Shown: positions 49,728-58,863, counted from the stretch's first letter. The stretch: DNA of 64,000 bases from an uncultured Candidatus Saccharibacteria bacterium (GCA_964387675.1 CAYLWL010000001.1:74819-138818); one strand, 5' to 3'. Program-made: numbers and translations. The notes: generated by a model from the sequence alone, not told the origin.

Positions 49728-49762
49728 CGGCCTTCCCCTGGAAGGCCGCCTCTTTTTATTTT
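49728..49762 (+). terminator. intrinsic terminator
   Basis: CGGCCTTCC-CCT-GGAAGGCCG followed by a T-rich tail. Confidence 0.7.
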
Positions 49763-49879
49763 CACTTCATCATTCATCCTCGCCGCAAGTTGTGAGGTGC
49801 TCTGGAAAGTGAAAATAAAAAAGCGCCGCGTCCGGATGGGTCCGGGCGGCGCGCGAAGACGGATCGGTCTTGGGTCCTC

Positions 49880-50482
49880 CTACGAGCGACCGTCGTCGGA
49901 GCTGTCGACGACCTCCAATCCCGCCGATCTAGGATGCTCCGTCTGGTACTTCTTGACGGCCTCCTTGATCCGGTCGATGAGTCCGGGCTCGACATCCGCG
50001 GCGATCTGTTCCTGGACCACGGGATCGTCGAGATCCTGGTCGCGCAAGAGGAGAACCGCGGCGGCGATTTTCTGCTCGTCGGGCATCGCCGCGATCCTGT
50101 TGCGAATGGCCTCGGCTCCCGCGGCGCTCACGTCGTGGCTGGAGACGAGGTTTTCGATGCTCCTCTCGAGAGCGACTTGGCTCGCGAAGCCGTACGAACC
50201 GCTGAAGTCGTTGATCACCGCCTCTTCTTTGGTCGTTGGCAGGCCGCTCTCGCCGAGGAGCTGATGAGTGAGCCGAGCGCGGTCCGCCTCGTTGATCGCG
50301 CCCTCGTGGACGAGCGCGCCGAGTACTTCTCTTCCTTCCTCGTTTGTGGGCCGTGTTTTTCTGGCGCCGTCTATGACGTACCAACGATACGTCACTCGTG
50401 CCAGAGCTAGTCGCAGATTATCATGGGTTCCGTGATAAGTCAATTTTTTTTGGAGTATCTTTACGACTTCACTCGAACTCAT
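49880..50482 (-). CDS. hypothetical protein
   Basis: 200-aa ORF with GC-rich, coding-like codon usage in its 3' two-thirds; the 5' part is less convincing. Confidence 0.5.
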   Translation of the reverse strand: MSSSEVVKILQKKLTYHGTHDNLRLALARVTYRWYVIDGARKTRPTNEEGREVLGALVHEGAINEADRARLTHQLLGESGLPTTKEEAVINDFSGSYGFASQVALERSIENLVSSHDVSAAGAEAIRNRIAAMPDEQKIAAAVLLLRDQDLDDPVVQEQIAADVEPGLIDRIKEAVKKYQTEHPRSAGLEVVDSSDDGRS

Positions 50483-50515
50483 TTTATGCGAAATTCCTGA
50501 AAAAATCCAATCGCT

Positions 50516-50666
50516 CCGCCCCGCCGCCAGCCGCCGAGTACGGCGGCCTGCCTCGCAGAAAAACTTTCTTTACAATTTTGATTTTGCGCGCGTCAGTTTT
50601 TTCTCTAAAAGGAAAAGGTGATTTTTCTACGAGGTAGTGCCGCTTGGCGGCACGGCGGCGGGGCGG
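50516..50666. repeat. long imperfect inverted repeat downstream of tRNA-Gly
   Basis: CCGCCCCGCCGCC/GGCGGCGGGGCGG, GCCGCCGAG/CTTGGCGGC and CTGCCTCGCAGAAAAA/TTTTTCTACGAGGTAG. Confidence 0.7.
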
Positions 50667-50717
50667 CTTCCTTTTGTCGGGAATTTTTGATAAAGTAGGT
50701 TCGAGCTGAGTTGTATA

Positions 50718-50791
50718 TGGAGCGGGATACCGGAATCGAACCGGCGTCTACTCCTTGGAAGAGAGTCGTACTGCCACTGTACTAATCCCGC
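50718..50791 (-). tRNA. tRNA-Gly(TCC)
   Basis: GCGGGAT/ATCCCGC acceptor stem, loop CTTCCAA, GGTTCGATTCC, encoded CCA. Confidence 0.96.
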
Positions 50792-50907
50792 TTGCAGGTG
50801 TCCCGCCTCCGGCGGGACCTTCGCCAATTGCTATTCTATGAATCCTAAATCCTCAATCGTAAATCTTCAAGCAAAAGCGAAGGCCGGCTCCTGGAGCCGG
50901 CTATTTA

Positions 50908-52311
50908 CTATCTCGTGATGTTCACCGCAATACTGTATTCGTCAGAATTTCCTGCCGCGTCTTTTACTTTGGTCTGTATGGAATGCCGCCCTTCGGAAAG
51001 AGAGCCGGCGTCTATAGTGAGGGAAACACCTTTTTGGTCTCCGGGAGCGATTCTTTGGCAGAAGACACCGTCCAGTTCTACGTCCAGTTGCGTAACGGCA
51101 ACGTTGTCTCCGAGAAGAACATTCACTTTGATTTTTTGCCGCAGCGTATCATATTGCACCGGCGGGACAATCAAGACGTGGGGCGACACGGCATCGACGT
51201 CTTTCGATCCGCCGTACAGTTCCCAAATCTTCTGTCGGGTAATGTCTATGTAGAGCCACGGAGAGTCGCCCCAGGAGTCTCTCTCTTGGACTTGATGACA
51301 TGGTTCTGTCCAACATCTTGCATCTGGCGTGCTCGACAGATGGCCATCCTTGAGGAAGTGGCTCATCGGAACCGCGGGATACATACCACTACCCTCCGCG
51401 TATTCGTTCCAGGATTCGACGTAAACGCGGTCAATGCTGTCCTTGTGGGCTATGATTTCGTCCCATCCCGCTTTGTAGGACTCGGCATTGTTTCGGGGTA
51501 AAAACCTCCGCGACGGGTAGCTTCTATCTGGAGGCCAAAAACCGACAAGCAAGTCTGCGCCCCTGCCGCTCCGCTGAACTGGTTCTGGTCCGGTGAAAAG
51601 GTAATTAATTTCGTCGGGGCCTCCACTAATCCAGTTTGGATGCACGCTCCAGAACGCTTCGAATCCGAAATCTAACAGCAGTTCCCCGCTTAAGTACCGG
51701 AAAAAATCAGAAGGTACGTAATTATCTTTGAGAGGGACATACCAGACGGCCACGAGAACTTTGCGGTCTATGCTGGCAAGTTGACTGGCGTCTAAGAGTC
51801 TGCCACTCGACTGGGCGCCGTAAAAGACCTCCAGATACATCTCGAACCATTTTTTGATGACTTGATAGAAATCCTCTCTTCCCCTAGCGGTGCGCAGATC
51901 TTTCTCCTCGGAATACGAGAGAAAGCTGGCCGATTCAAAAAATGGTACGATTTTAGGAGTCGAAAGCATTTTTCTTCTGTTATCACTTATCGCCAACAGG
52001 TGATTTTTCTGTTGAAGATCGTTGTGGTAAGAAACCTGGAACAGCTCCATATTGAAACCAGCTTGTCGCATTAGCCTTTCTTGGCTTTTCCAGAAATCTA
52101 CACCTCCGTCCCACGCTCGCCTTCCCTCGATTGGAATCCAAGGAGAAGTCCACTGGCCGGAATTTGCCGTGAACCAGTGAAACACCACCGGACCGATGAG
52201 TTTTTCGGTCGGGTTGGCGCCGGTTTCCGTTCGTCGAATTTGCCCTTCCGAGAATAGCGGCGGCGAGAAAATGGCAAGAGTTGTCAGCCACAGTACTATG
52301 GCCTTCCTCAT
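50908..52311 (-). CDS. secreted glycoside-hydrolase-like protein (GH99/DUF5010-like) with C-terminal Ig domain
   Basis: Signal peptide, VFHWF, ESWNEYAEGS, C-terminal GRHSI..KVKDAAGN. Confidence 0.65.
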   Translation of the reverse strand: MRKAIVLWLTTLAIFSPPLFSEGQIRRTETGANPTEKLIGPVVFHWFTANSGQWTSPWIPIEGRRAWDGGVDFWKSQERLMRQAGFNMELFQVSYHNDLQQKNHLLAISDNRRKMLSTPKIVPFFESASFLSYSEEKDLRTARGREDFYQVIKKWFEMYLEVFYGAQSSGRLLDASQLASIDRKVLVAVWYVPLKDNYVPSDFFRYLSGELLLDFGFEAFWSVHPNWISGGPDEINYLFTGPEPVQRSGRGADLLVGFWPPDRSYPSRRFLPRNNAESYKAGWDEIIAHKDSIDRVYVESWNEYAEGSGMYPAVPMSHFLKDGHLSSTPDARCWTEPCHQVQERDSWGDSPWLYIDITRQKIWELYGGSKDVDAVSPHVLIVPPVQYDTLRQKIKVNVLLGDNVAVTQLDVELDGVFCQRIAPGDQKGVSLTIDAGSLSEGRHSIQTKVKDAAGNSDEYSIAVNITR

Positions 52312-52448
52312 TATCCCTCCGTATTTCTTAACAAGATCCTATATATTGCGATATACGATATATCTGCCCCTGTCAATGAACTTGCGCGTAATTCATTTTT
52401 TATGGCCCTTGCTTCTCCTCGTCAAATTTGCTAGAAATAATTGAACAA

Positions 52449-53042
52449 ATGGCTCGCAAGGCAATCCTATTCTTCATTTTCGTGCTTGTGGTCGGCGGCG
52501 GCTACGCCTTCTATCATTTTTGGTCTTCCCCGGGCGCCATCTCTCCCGATTTCAACGAATCGCGGCTTCAGGGCGCGCTCATTGCGCAGAATATCGTTAC
52601 GCTTTCCAACCAGTCCGCGCTTGATTTGTCGAAGATCGGCGAGCTCGACAGAAGCGGAAAATTCACCGAAGCCCTTAATTTGACGGCCGACGCGGTGCGT
52701 CAAAGCCAAGAAATCAGAGATCAGGCGGTTGCGTTATCGAGCGAAACGGAACGGATGACAAAGTCGCTCTCGAGCATCGATTCGTTCGAGGCCCGTCAGG
52801 CGGTTTTGGAATCGATCGCGAACCGGCTGGCCCTGATCAGTCGGCTGATCAACTACAGCGGCTACTTGGGCCAACTGCTCGATGTTCTGCACAATCGTTT
52901 CAACGGGAAGTTTTCAAAGGGCCAAGCCGCGCAAATTTCCAACTTGGTTGAATCCATAAACGGAGAAGTGAGGGCGATCAATAACTTCAACCAACAAGCG
53001 AGCCAGGCGATGGATCGGTTTGATAAGACAGTGAATAGGTAG
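52449..53042 (+). CDS. membrane-anchored helical hypothetical protein
   Basis: N-terminal TM and coiled-coil body. Confidence 0.8.
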   Translation: MARKAILFFIFVLVVGGGYAFYHFWSSPGAISPDFNESRLQGALIAQNIVTLSNQSALDLSKIGELDRSGKFTEALNLTADAVRQSQEIRDQAVALSSETERMTKSLSSIDSFEARQAVLESIANRLALISRLINYSGYLGQLLDVLHNRFNGKFSKGQAAQISNLVESINGEVRAINNFNQQASQAMDRFDKTVNR

Positions 53043-53296
53043 ATGGTTCCACCGCATTGCTCCTCGGAAACAAAACAGAGAAGACGACCATCGCAAGTCA
53101 TTTGGCTACCGCTCGCGTCCCCAGCGAGGACGCTCGCTGGCGCTTCTTCCTCGCTCTCCTTCGACACGGCTCAGGAACCATGCCCGCTCGGTCGAAGAGC
53201 CGCGCCGAATGACTTGCGACGGTCGTCTCCGGCGCGAGAGGAACCTCGGGGCAACGCGGGAGGGCTTTGTCTTGGTGGTTGAGGGGTTGGTAGAAG

Positions 53297-53371
53297 GGGC
53301 GCATAGCTCAATGGCAGAGCACCGAGCTTATACCTCGGCGGTTCTAGGTTCGAATCCTAGTGCGCCCACCA
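53297..53371 (+). tRNA. tRNA-Ile(TAT)
   Basis: GGGCGCA/TGCGCCC acceptor stem, anticodon arm CCGAG-CTTATAC-CTCGG, GGTTCGAATCC, ACCA end. Confidence 0.93.
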
Positions 53372-54878
53372 GTATTAAACTTTCAGAAATTTTGCCAATG
53401 GATTTTGCCGCGCGAAGCGCGGAAAGGTATGGAAACACTGGCTCGCCGCGCACGGCGCGGCTCGCCAAGCGCAGGTTCGAGCCAAAGATTTCTTTGGCGG
53501 CAACCTTTTTCTCTTGAAGGTTGCTATCCCTTGCGATTTTGACGAGGTTTGAAGCGACTTTTATCCAGTTTTGGAAGGGTTCGAGCCAATCATTCTGCTT
53601 TTGTTCAATCCGCGTCATTTTCTCGTCCAGCGACTTCTTTTCAGACAACAAGATAGCTTTCTGTTCTCGGTATATTTCTCGCTCAATATCCTGTTCCAAA
53701 TAGCCATCCAGAAGTCGCTGGAGCTTCGTTTGTATCGCGCGGATTTTGATTTGGCTTTCTTGAACAAAAGCAGAAACGGATTGGGCGGATACCGCTTTGT
53801 CTTTTTCTGCCATTGCTAAAAGTTTTTCCGCCCAATCCGCGCGCAAAGAAAATTTTTGAAGCAGAGAGGAAATTTGTTTGTCCAGTTCCTCTTGGCGAAT
53901 ACAGGGTTCGAGACACTTTATTGATTTGTTTTTCTTGGTGCAATGATAGTAAATATAATCGTGGACATTTCCATTTTTCTGCTTCTTAACCCTGTATTCG
54001 CCAGTTATGGACATTCCACAAGTGCCGCACTTCAGTAGCCCGCACAAATGTTGCGGCTCATACTTTGTTTTGTGGTGCGGCCTTCCTCTCTGCTTCAAAA
54101 CTTCCTGAACTTTATCAAAAATTTTCTTTGCGACGATTGGCTCATACTTTCCTTCGTGGAGTTCACCGCTGTATTTGAATAGTCCGGTGTAAAAAGGATT
54201 TGAGAGGATAAAAGTCGCCCTCGTCTTGTGGATTCTCTTTCCACCGCGGGATAGTATCCCGCGGTGCGCCAAAAAGTCCGAAATGTCCTCTAACCGTGAA
54301 TTGCCCTCGGCGTAAAGTTCAAAAGCCCCGCGAATAACTTTTGCTTTCTTCCTATCCACTACCACTGTTTTTGTGCGGCTGTCGTTGATATAGCCGATGG
54401 GCGCGGGGCCGGGATATTCTCCGCGCTTTACTTTTTGGCGCAAACCGCGCTTTGTGTTTTCGGAAAGAGAATCCACATAGTATTTGCTTTGCCCAAATAC
54501 AATGTTCAACATAAATTTTCCTTGCGGCGTATTTTCAAACCACAGCGTTGGAAATTTCAAGCTCGCAAGTTTTTCAGTGTCCAAAAGATAAATGATACGC
54601 CCGCCGTCCACAGAATTGCGCGCCAATCTGTCCGCGTGCCAAGCCAAAATTCCGTTGGCCTCGCCTCGTTCTATCTTGTCCAGCATCTCGTTAAATATCG
54701 GCCTACCCGGAATTTTGGCTGATTGTTTTTCAATAAGGACATCAACGATATTCAAATTTTCTTGTTTTGCAAAGGCGCGCAATTCCGCGATCTGGTCTTC
54801 AATCGAGCGCACTTGTTTATCCTCCACATCGGTGGACTTGCGGGCGTAAAGGAAAAATTTATGTTGTTCCATATTCAT
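53328..54878 (-). CDS. large serine recombinase; C-terminus reads antisense into tRNA-Ile
   Basis: YARKSTD catalytic motif, DRLARN, recombinase domain, CGTC/YYHC zinc ribbon, coiled coil. Confidence 0.95.
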   Translation of the reverse strand: MNMEQHKFFLYARKSTDVEDKQVRSIEDQIAELRAFAKQENLNIVDVLIEKQSAKIPGRPIFNEMLDKIERGEANGILAWHADRLARNSVDGGRIIYLLDTEKLASLKFPTLWFENTPQGKFMLNIVFGQSKYYVDSLSENTKRGLRQKVKRGEYPGPAPIGYINDSRTKTVVVDRKKAKVIRGAFELYAEGNSRLEDISDFLAHRGILSRGGKRIHKTRATFILSNPFYTGLFKYSGELHEGKYEPIVAKKIFDKVQEVLKQRGRPHHKTKYEPQHLCGLLKCGTCGMSITGEYRVKKQKNGNVHDYIYYHCTKKNKSIKCLEPCIRQEELDKQISSLLQKFSLRADWAEKLLAMAEKDKAVSAQSVSAFVQESQIKIRAIQTKLQRLLDGYLEQDIEREIYREQKAILLSEKKSLDEKMTRIEQKQNDWLEPFQNWIKVASNLVKIARDSNLQEKKVAAKEIFGSNLRLASRAVRGEPVFPYLSALRAAKSIGKISESLILVGALGFEPRTAEV

Positions 54879-54920
54879 AGTTTTATTGGGCAAAGCAAAT
54901 ACTTAAAATCGCAAGGGATT

Positions 54921-55182
54921 TCGAACCTGCGCTTGGCGAGCCGCGCCGTGCGCGGCGAGCCAGTGTTTCCATACCTTTCCGCGCTTCGCGCGGCAAAATC
55001 CATTGGCAAAATTTCTGAAAGTTTAATACTGGTGCGTTTGTTTGACGAAATCCGAACCTTTTTTGAACAGAACTGACCGCCTCCGCTTCGCTCCAGCGGA
55101 ACGCTCGGGCGCGGCGGAATTCCCCCCTTGAACCCCCCTTCCGCCGCGCCCTCGCAAGAGGCCAGAATTTTTTCGCCGCCAA
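54921..55182 (+). repeat. internal inverted copy of the recombinase 3' end / att region
   Basis: 54921-55034 is the reverse complement of 53367-53480. 55030-55182 is the reverse complement of 56766-56918, with 2 mismatches seen. Confidence 0.92.
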
Positions 55183-55260
55183 TCCAATTAAGAAATGATT
55201 AAGCATAGTTATACTATAGTATAACCGTTGTCCAACAAAACAACAAGTGATAAACTGTGT

Positions 55261-55476
55261 ATGAAGAATATGCAAGAAATATCAAAGAAATTAGGCGAGA
55301 ACTTGAAAAAGGTTCGCGCCAAGAAAAAATTGTCGCAAGGAGCTTTAGCGCGGCTTTTAGAGGTTGATAAGGGCTATGTAAGCAACATTGAGAGTGGTAA
55401 GAAAAATCCTACCCTTGCGACAATTCAACGATTAGCTGACGCGCTCGGTGTGACGGCTGATGAACTATTGAAATAA
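55261..55476 (+). CDS. XRE-family HTH regulator
   Basis: LSQGALA...YVSNIESGKKNPTL; 18-bp palindrome GTTATACTATAGTATAAC upstream (55208-55225). Confidence 0.93.
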   Translation: MKNMQEISKKLGENLKKVRAKKKLSQGALARLLEVDKGYVSNIESGKKNPTLATIQRLADALGVTADELLK

Positions 55477-55477
55477 T

Positions 55478-55966
55478 ATGGTTTACTTTCGCGAACAAGA
55501 AAAATTTAGAGCGCGCGCAGAAGAATTATTTTTGAAAGAGCAAAAAAGAATTTTGCGCGTTGTTCCAAAGGCAGATATTCAGCACATCGGAAGCACTGCG
55601 GTTCCCGGCTCTCTAACAAAGGGCGACCTTGATATTCAGGTTAGAGTTAAAGAAAAAGATTTTGATAAAGCGCAAAATGCTCTTTCAAAAATGTATAAAC
55701 CAAATAAAGGAAATCCTTCCACGAAAACGTATGCGAGCTTTAAGGATGACAGTACAAAAATTCCTCTTGGGGTTCAGCTAACAGTTATTGGTTCTAAAGA
55801 GGATAATTTTACGACTTTGAGAGATATTTTGATACGCGATAAAAAACATCTGAAAGAATATAACTCCCTGAAAAAGCGGTACCAAGGAAAATCAATGCAA
55901 GAATACCGAAAAGCTAAAGGAAAGCTTGTTGGAAAAATTTTGAAATCAAAAACCAAGAGAGTATGA
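55478..55966 (+). CDS. GrpB family nucleotidyltransferase-fold protein
   Basis: HIGSTAVPG..KGDLDI, LRD.L, YN.LK, Y..AK. Confidence 0.9.
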   Translation: MVYFREQEKFRARAEELFLKEQKRILRVVPKADIQHIGSTAVPGSLTKGDLDIQVRVKEKDFDKAQNALSKMYKPNKGNPSTKTYASFKDDSTKIPLGVQLTVIGSKEDNFTTLRDILIRDKKHLKEYNSLKKRYQGKSMQEYRKAKGKLVGKILKSKTKRV

Positions 55967-56754
55967 AAAAGGATATTAACCTACGAACAACTTTCAATAA
56001 CGAAGCGGAGCTATATCGTGTAATCAGGCCGCGCTATCCAGAAGAACTTTTTGTCGCACTCGTTAAAAATGCTCAATTGCAAAGCGATGCGAAGTTGTTA
56101 GAAATTGGCCCGGGAACGGGCCAAGCGACAGAACCGCTTGCAAGGCGCGGCTACGACATAACCGCAATTGAGCTTGGTGCCGATCTTGCTGAAGTCGCAC
56201 AAAAAGTTTTGGCAAGGTATGCAAACGTAAAAATAATCACAGGCGCATTTGAGGATGTCGAACTTCAATTAGAATCTTTTGATTTAGTTTATGCGGCAAC
56301 TGCTTTTCACTGGATAAAGCCGGAAGTAAAATTTTTCAAGCCGCATAAACTTTTAAAAAAGGGTGGACACTTAGCAATTATTGGTACAAATCATGTTTCC
56401 GATGAGAAGGGCGACGAATTTTTCTTTGCCTCACAACCTATTTATAAAAAGTACAAACCCGGTGGGAAGCATGACGATAATTTCCGTTTGAAGCGCGCCG
56501 ATGAATTGAAAGCGGACGAAGTAGACGAAAATCTTTTTGCCCCTGTTTTCTTCCACGCTTTCCCGCTCGTTGTACCTTTTTCTGCGAAAGAATACGCTCA
56601 ATTGTTGAATACCTACTCACCAACTATATCAATGGAGCCAGATCAACGAGCGGGATTTTTGGAAGAAATAGAAAAGCTGATCGAAGAAAAATTCGTCGGT
56701 AGTATTCAAAAACACTTCGCGATGACTTTGACGATGGCGAAGAAAAAGAGCTAA
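55963..56754 (+). CDS. class I SAM-dependent methyltransferase
   Basis: RPRYP, LEIGPGTGQAT, FDLVYAATAFHW. Confidence 0.93.
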   Translation: MKKDINLRTTFNNEAELYRVIRPRYPEELFVALVKNAQLQSDAKLLEIGPGTGQATEPLARRGYDITAIELGADLAEVAQKVLARYANVKIITGAFEDVELQLESFDLVYAATAFHWIKPEVKFFKPHKLLKKGGHLAIIGTNHVSDEKGDEFFFASQPIYKKYKPGGKHDDNFRLKRADELKADEVDENLFAPVFFHAFPLVVPFSAKEYAQLLNTYSPTISMEPDQRAGFLEEIEKLIEEKFVGSIQKHFAMTLTMAKKKS

Positions 56755-56871
56755 TATATTTCTGTTTGGCGGCGAAAAAATTCTGGCCTCCCGCGAGGGC
56801 GCGGCGGAAGGGGGGTTCAAGGGGGGAATTCCGCCGCGCCCGAGCGTTCCGCTGGAGCGAAGCGGAGGCGG

Positions 56872-57278
56872 TCAGTTCTGTTCAAAAAAGGTTCGGATTT
56901 CGTCAAACAAACGCACCAAAACCATACTTTTCGGTTTTTTGGAAGCCAAAATGCGGGACGCGCGAAGCGCGTCCCAAGGATTCCCGTCGAATTTCCCAAA
57001 CGAATTCAGAATTTTTGGCGCGCTGGCGCGCACCTGTCTTTCGCCGAGGAGGAGGTTCGAGCCAAAGATTTCTTTGGCTTTGACCTTTTTTGCAAGCAGG
57101 TCATCATCAGAAGCAATTTTGTCCAATGATTGTGCGTCTTTTATCCATTCTTTCATCGGTTCGAGCCAATCATTCTGCTTGTGTGAAAAAGAGGTCATTT
57201 CTTCTTGGAGAGACTTCTTTTCAGATAACAACTTTGCTTTTTGATTTCGATAATCTTGCTCGTCAATCACTTGGTCTA
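56872..57278 (-). pseudogene. C-terminal fragment of a second serine recombinase, truncated at IS200
   Basis: LLSEKKSL...KQNDWLEP...KEIFGSNL is homologous to the C-terminus of 53328-54878. Confidence 0.85.
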
Positions 57279-57815
57279 ACCTCGCGGGAGCTCCCCGCCT
57301 GTAAAGGCGGGGGTGTGAGCAGGGTCCCGCATCTTCCCGTACAATGAAAATGAATGAAACTACACAAACAAGCCCACGCGGTGTACAAAACCCAGTACCA
57401 TATTGTCTGGGTGACCAGATTCCGCCGAGCTATTTTGAACGAAGGGGTTCAGGCCTACCTCAAGCTGAAGCTCGCGGAGGCGAGGAAATACTACCCCGAC
57501 TGGTACTACGAGGAAATCGGCGTGGCAAGGGATCATCTCCGTCTGCATATGGTCATCCCGCCGAAATACAGCGCGAGCTTTGTCATCGAGACGCTCAAGA
57601 AAAATACGAGCAGGCACCTCCGCGAGCGGTTTCCATTCCTCGACGAGGTGTATTGGGATCGCGGCGGAATCTGGTCCAAGGGATACTTCGTCTCAACCGT
57701 GGGAGCGAACGAAGCGGTTATCAAACGCTACGTTGCCATGCAAGGTCGGGAAGATGCGGGACAAGCGAAGCTTGAATTCCGCTAAGTACCACGGCTGTAA
57801 AGCCATGGGTATCTA
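57279..57815 (+). mobile_element. IS200/IS605-family element (tnpA only); ends approximate
   Basis: Subterminal hairpins CCCCGCCT-GTAA-AGGCGGGG and CCACGGCT-GTAA-AGCCATGG flank tnpA. Confidence 0.85.
57354..57785 (+). CDS. tnpA: IS200-type Y1 transposase
   Basis: YHIVWVT, IPPKYS, WSKGYFVSTVG, YVAMQ; the HUH motif reads HLR. Confidence 0.93.
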   Translation: MKLHKQAHAVYKTQYHIVWVTRFRRAILNEGVQAYLKLKLAEARKYYPDWYYEEIGVARDHLRLHMVIPPKYSASFVIETLKKNTSRHLRERFPFLDEVYWDRGGIWSKGYFVSTVGANEAVIKRYVAMQGREDAGQAKLEFR

Positions 57816-57918
57816 TTGCACGAGGCCAGTTTCGCTGGCCTCGTGCTGATCTGCCGCCGCCTTTTTGAAAAAATTGCCACCGGATTTCGTGCCGGTCAAA
57901 GACTGGCGCGCCGCCTAA

Positions 57919-58572
57919 TTAGTCCGTAAGCGAGGCTTTAGTGAGGATAACTAAATATTTCTCAAAATAACCCCCGTCTTCTTCGGCATCAAATTTTTTA
58001 TGTTCTACCCTTAAGCCAAATGAAGCCGCGGCTTCAAAGAATGCTTTATATTTCCTCAAAAATTCTTCCTCCGACTCTGCTTTAAAAGGATATAGCTTTG
58101 CCTCACCGCCCACTTTCAAGACACGGGCAATTTCCGATAGCCAGTTCAATACTTGTTGTTTATGTTCTTGCCTTAATTTCTGATGCATATCCTGCTTTTC
58201 TTCCGCCCATTCTAAATAACTTGGTTCTGAAAATCGAGAAACAGAATATAATCCGAAAATTCTGTCAAATGTTTTATCTTTGAATGGTAATGCTTCGGCT
58301 TCACCAGCAACAGATTTTCTTTGCCAATCTGGCAGACGAGTAACTTTTTGCCTCATTTTGGTTTTATAGTACTCTGGATTTAGAGATACAACATTAGTAT
58401 TTTGATCAGCCAATTCTCTCGATAGGTTTTCATTTTCCCCTGAACCCAAATCGAGAACTTTTTTTCCAGCTAACTCGCCGCGTTTAAAATCCAAAGCCTT
58501 CTCGTAATCTGAAAGGCTCCTGCCTGTAGGTATGGTGGTTTTTTCGGTTGTGCCCTCCCAATATTTTTCCAT
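57919..58572 (-). CDS. class I SAM-dependent methyltransferase
   Basis: VLDLGSG, LPFKDKTFD, EIARVLKVGG; AT-rich. Confidence 0.88.
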   Translation of the reverse strand: MEKYWEGTTEKTTIPTGRSLSDYEKALDFKRGELAGKKVLDLGSGENENLSRELADQNTNVVSLNPEYYKTKMRQKVTRLPDWQRKSVAGEAEALPFKDKTFDRIFGLYSVSRFSEPSYLEWAEEKQDMHQKLRQEHKQQVLNWLSEIARVLKVGGEAKLYPFKAESEEEFLRKYKAFFEAAASFGLRVEHKKFDAEEDGGYFEKYLVILTKASLTD

Positions 58573-58863
58573 ATTCTAAGGCGTTTATGATTTATTAAAT
58601 TTTAGCGGTTTTTATATCGAAAAGAAAGGGCCCGCGAAATCTCGAATTGAGATAGTCACGGGCCCAGATGCCAGATGAGAGAATAGCCGAACTTTACGGA
58701 ACTCTGGCGAGTTCCGCGAACTCGTTGCAAGCCCGCGAACCATTAGCACCACCTCGGCGTAGTTCCAATCTTGCTGATATACGGGTTATTGACGCCCGTT
58801 CGTTTTTGAGATACGATAAACGTAATTAAAGAGTCGCTTATTCCTAAAAGTTCATTCGGATCA

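Larger units (their letters stand above)
53372..56918. mobile_element. integrative element at the tRNA-Ile 3' end (recombinase + HTH, GrpB, methyltransferase cargo)
   Basis: CACCA core at the tRNA end and at 56914-56918; lower-GC cargo; att arms repeated internally. Confidence 0.75.

Noticed and set aside
49683-50264. 193-aa plus-strand ORF
   Set aside because: It runs through a terminator, is Arg/Ser-rich, and is antisense to a more coding-like ORF.
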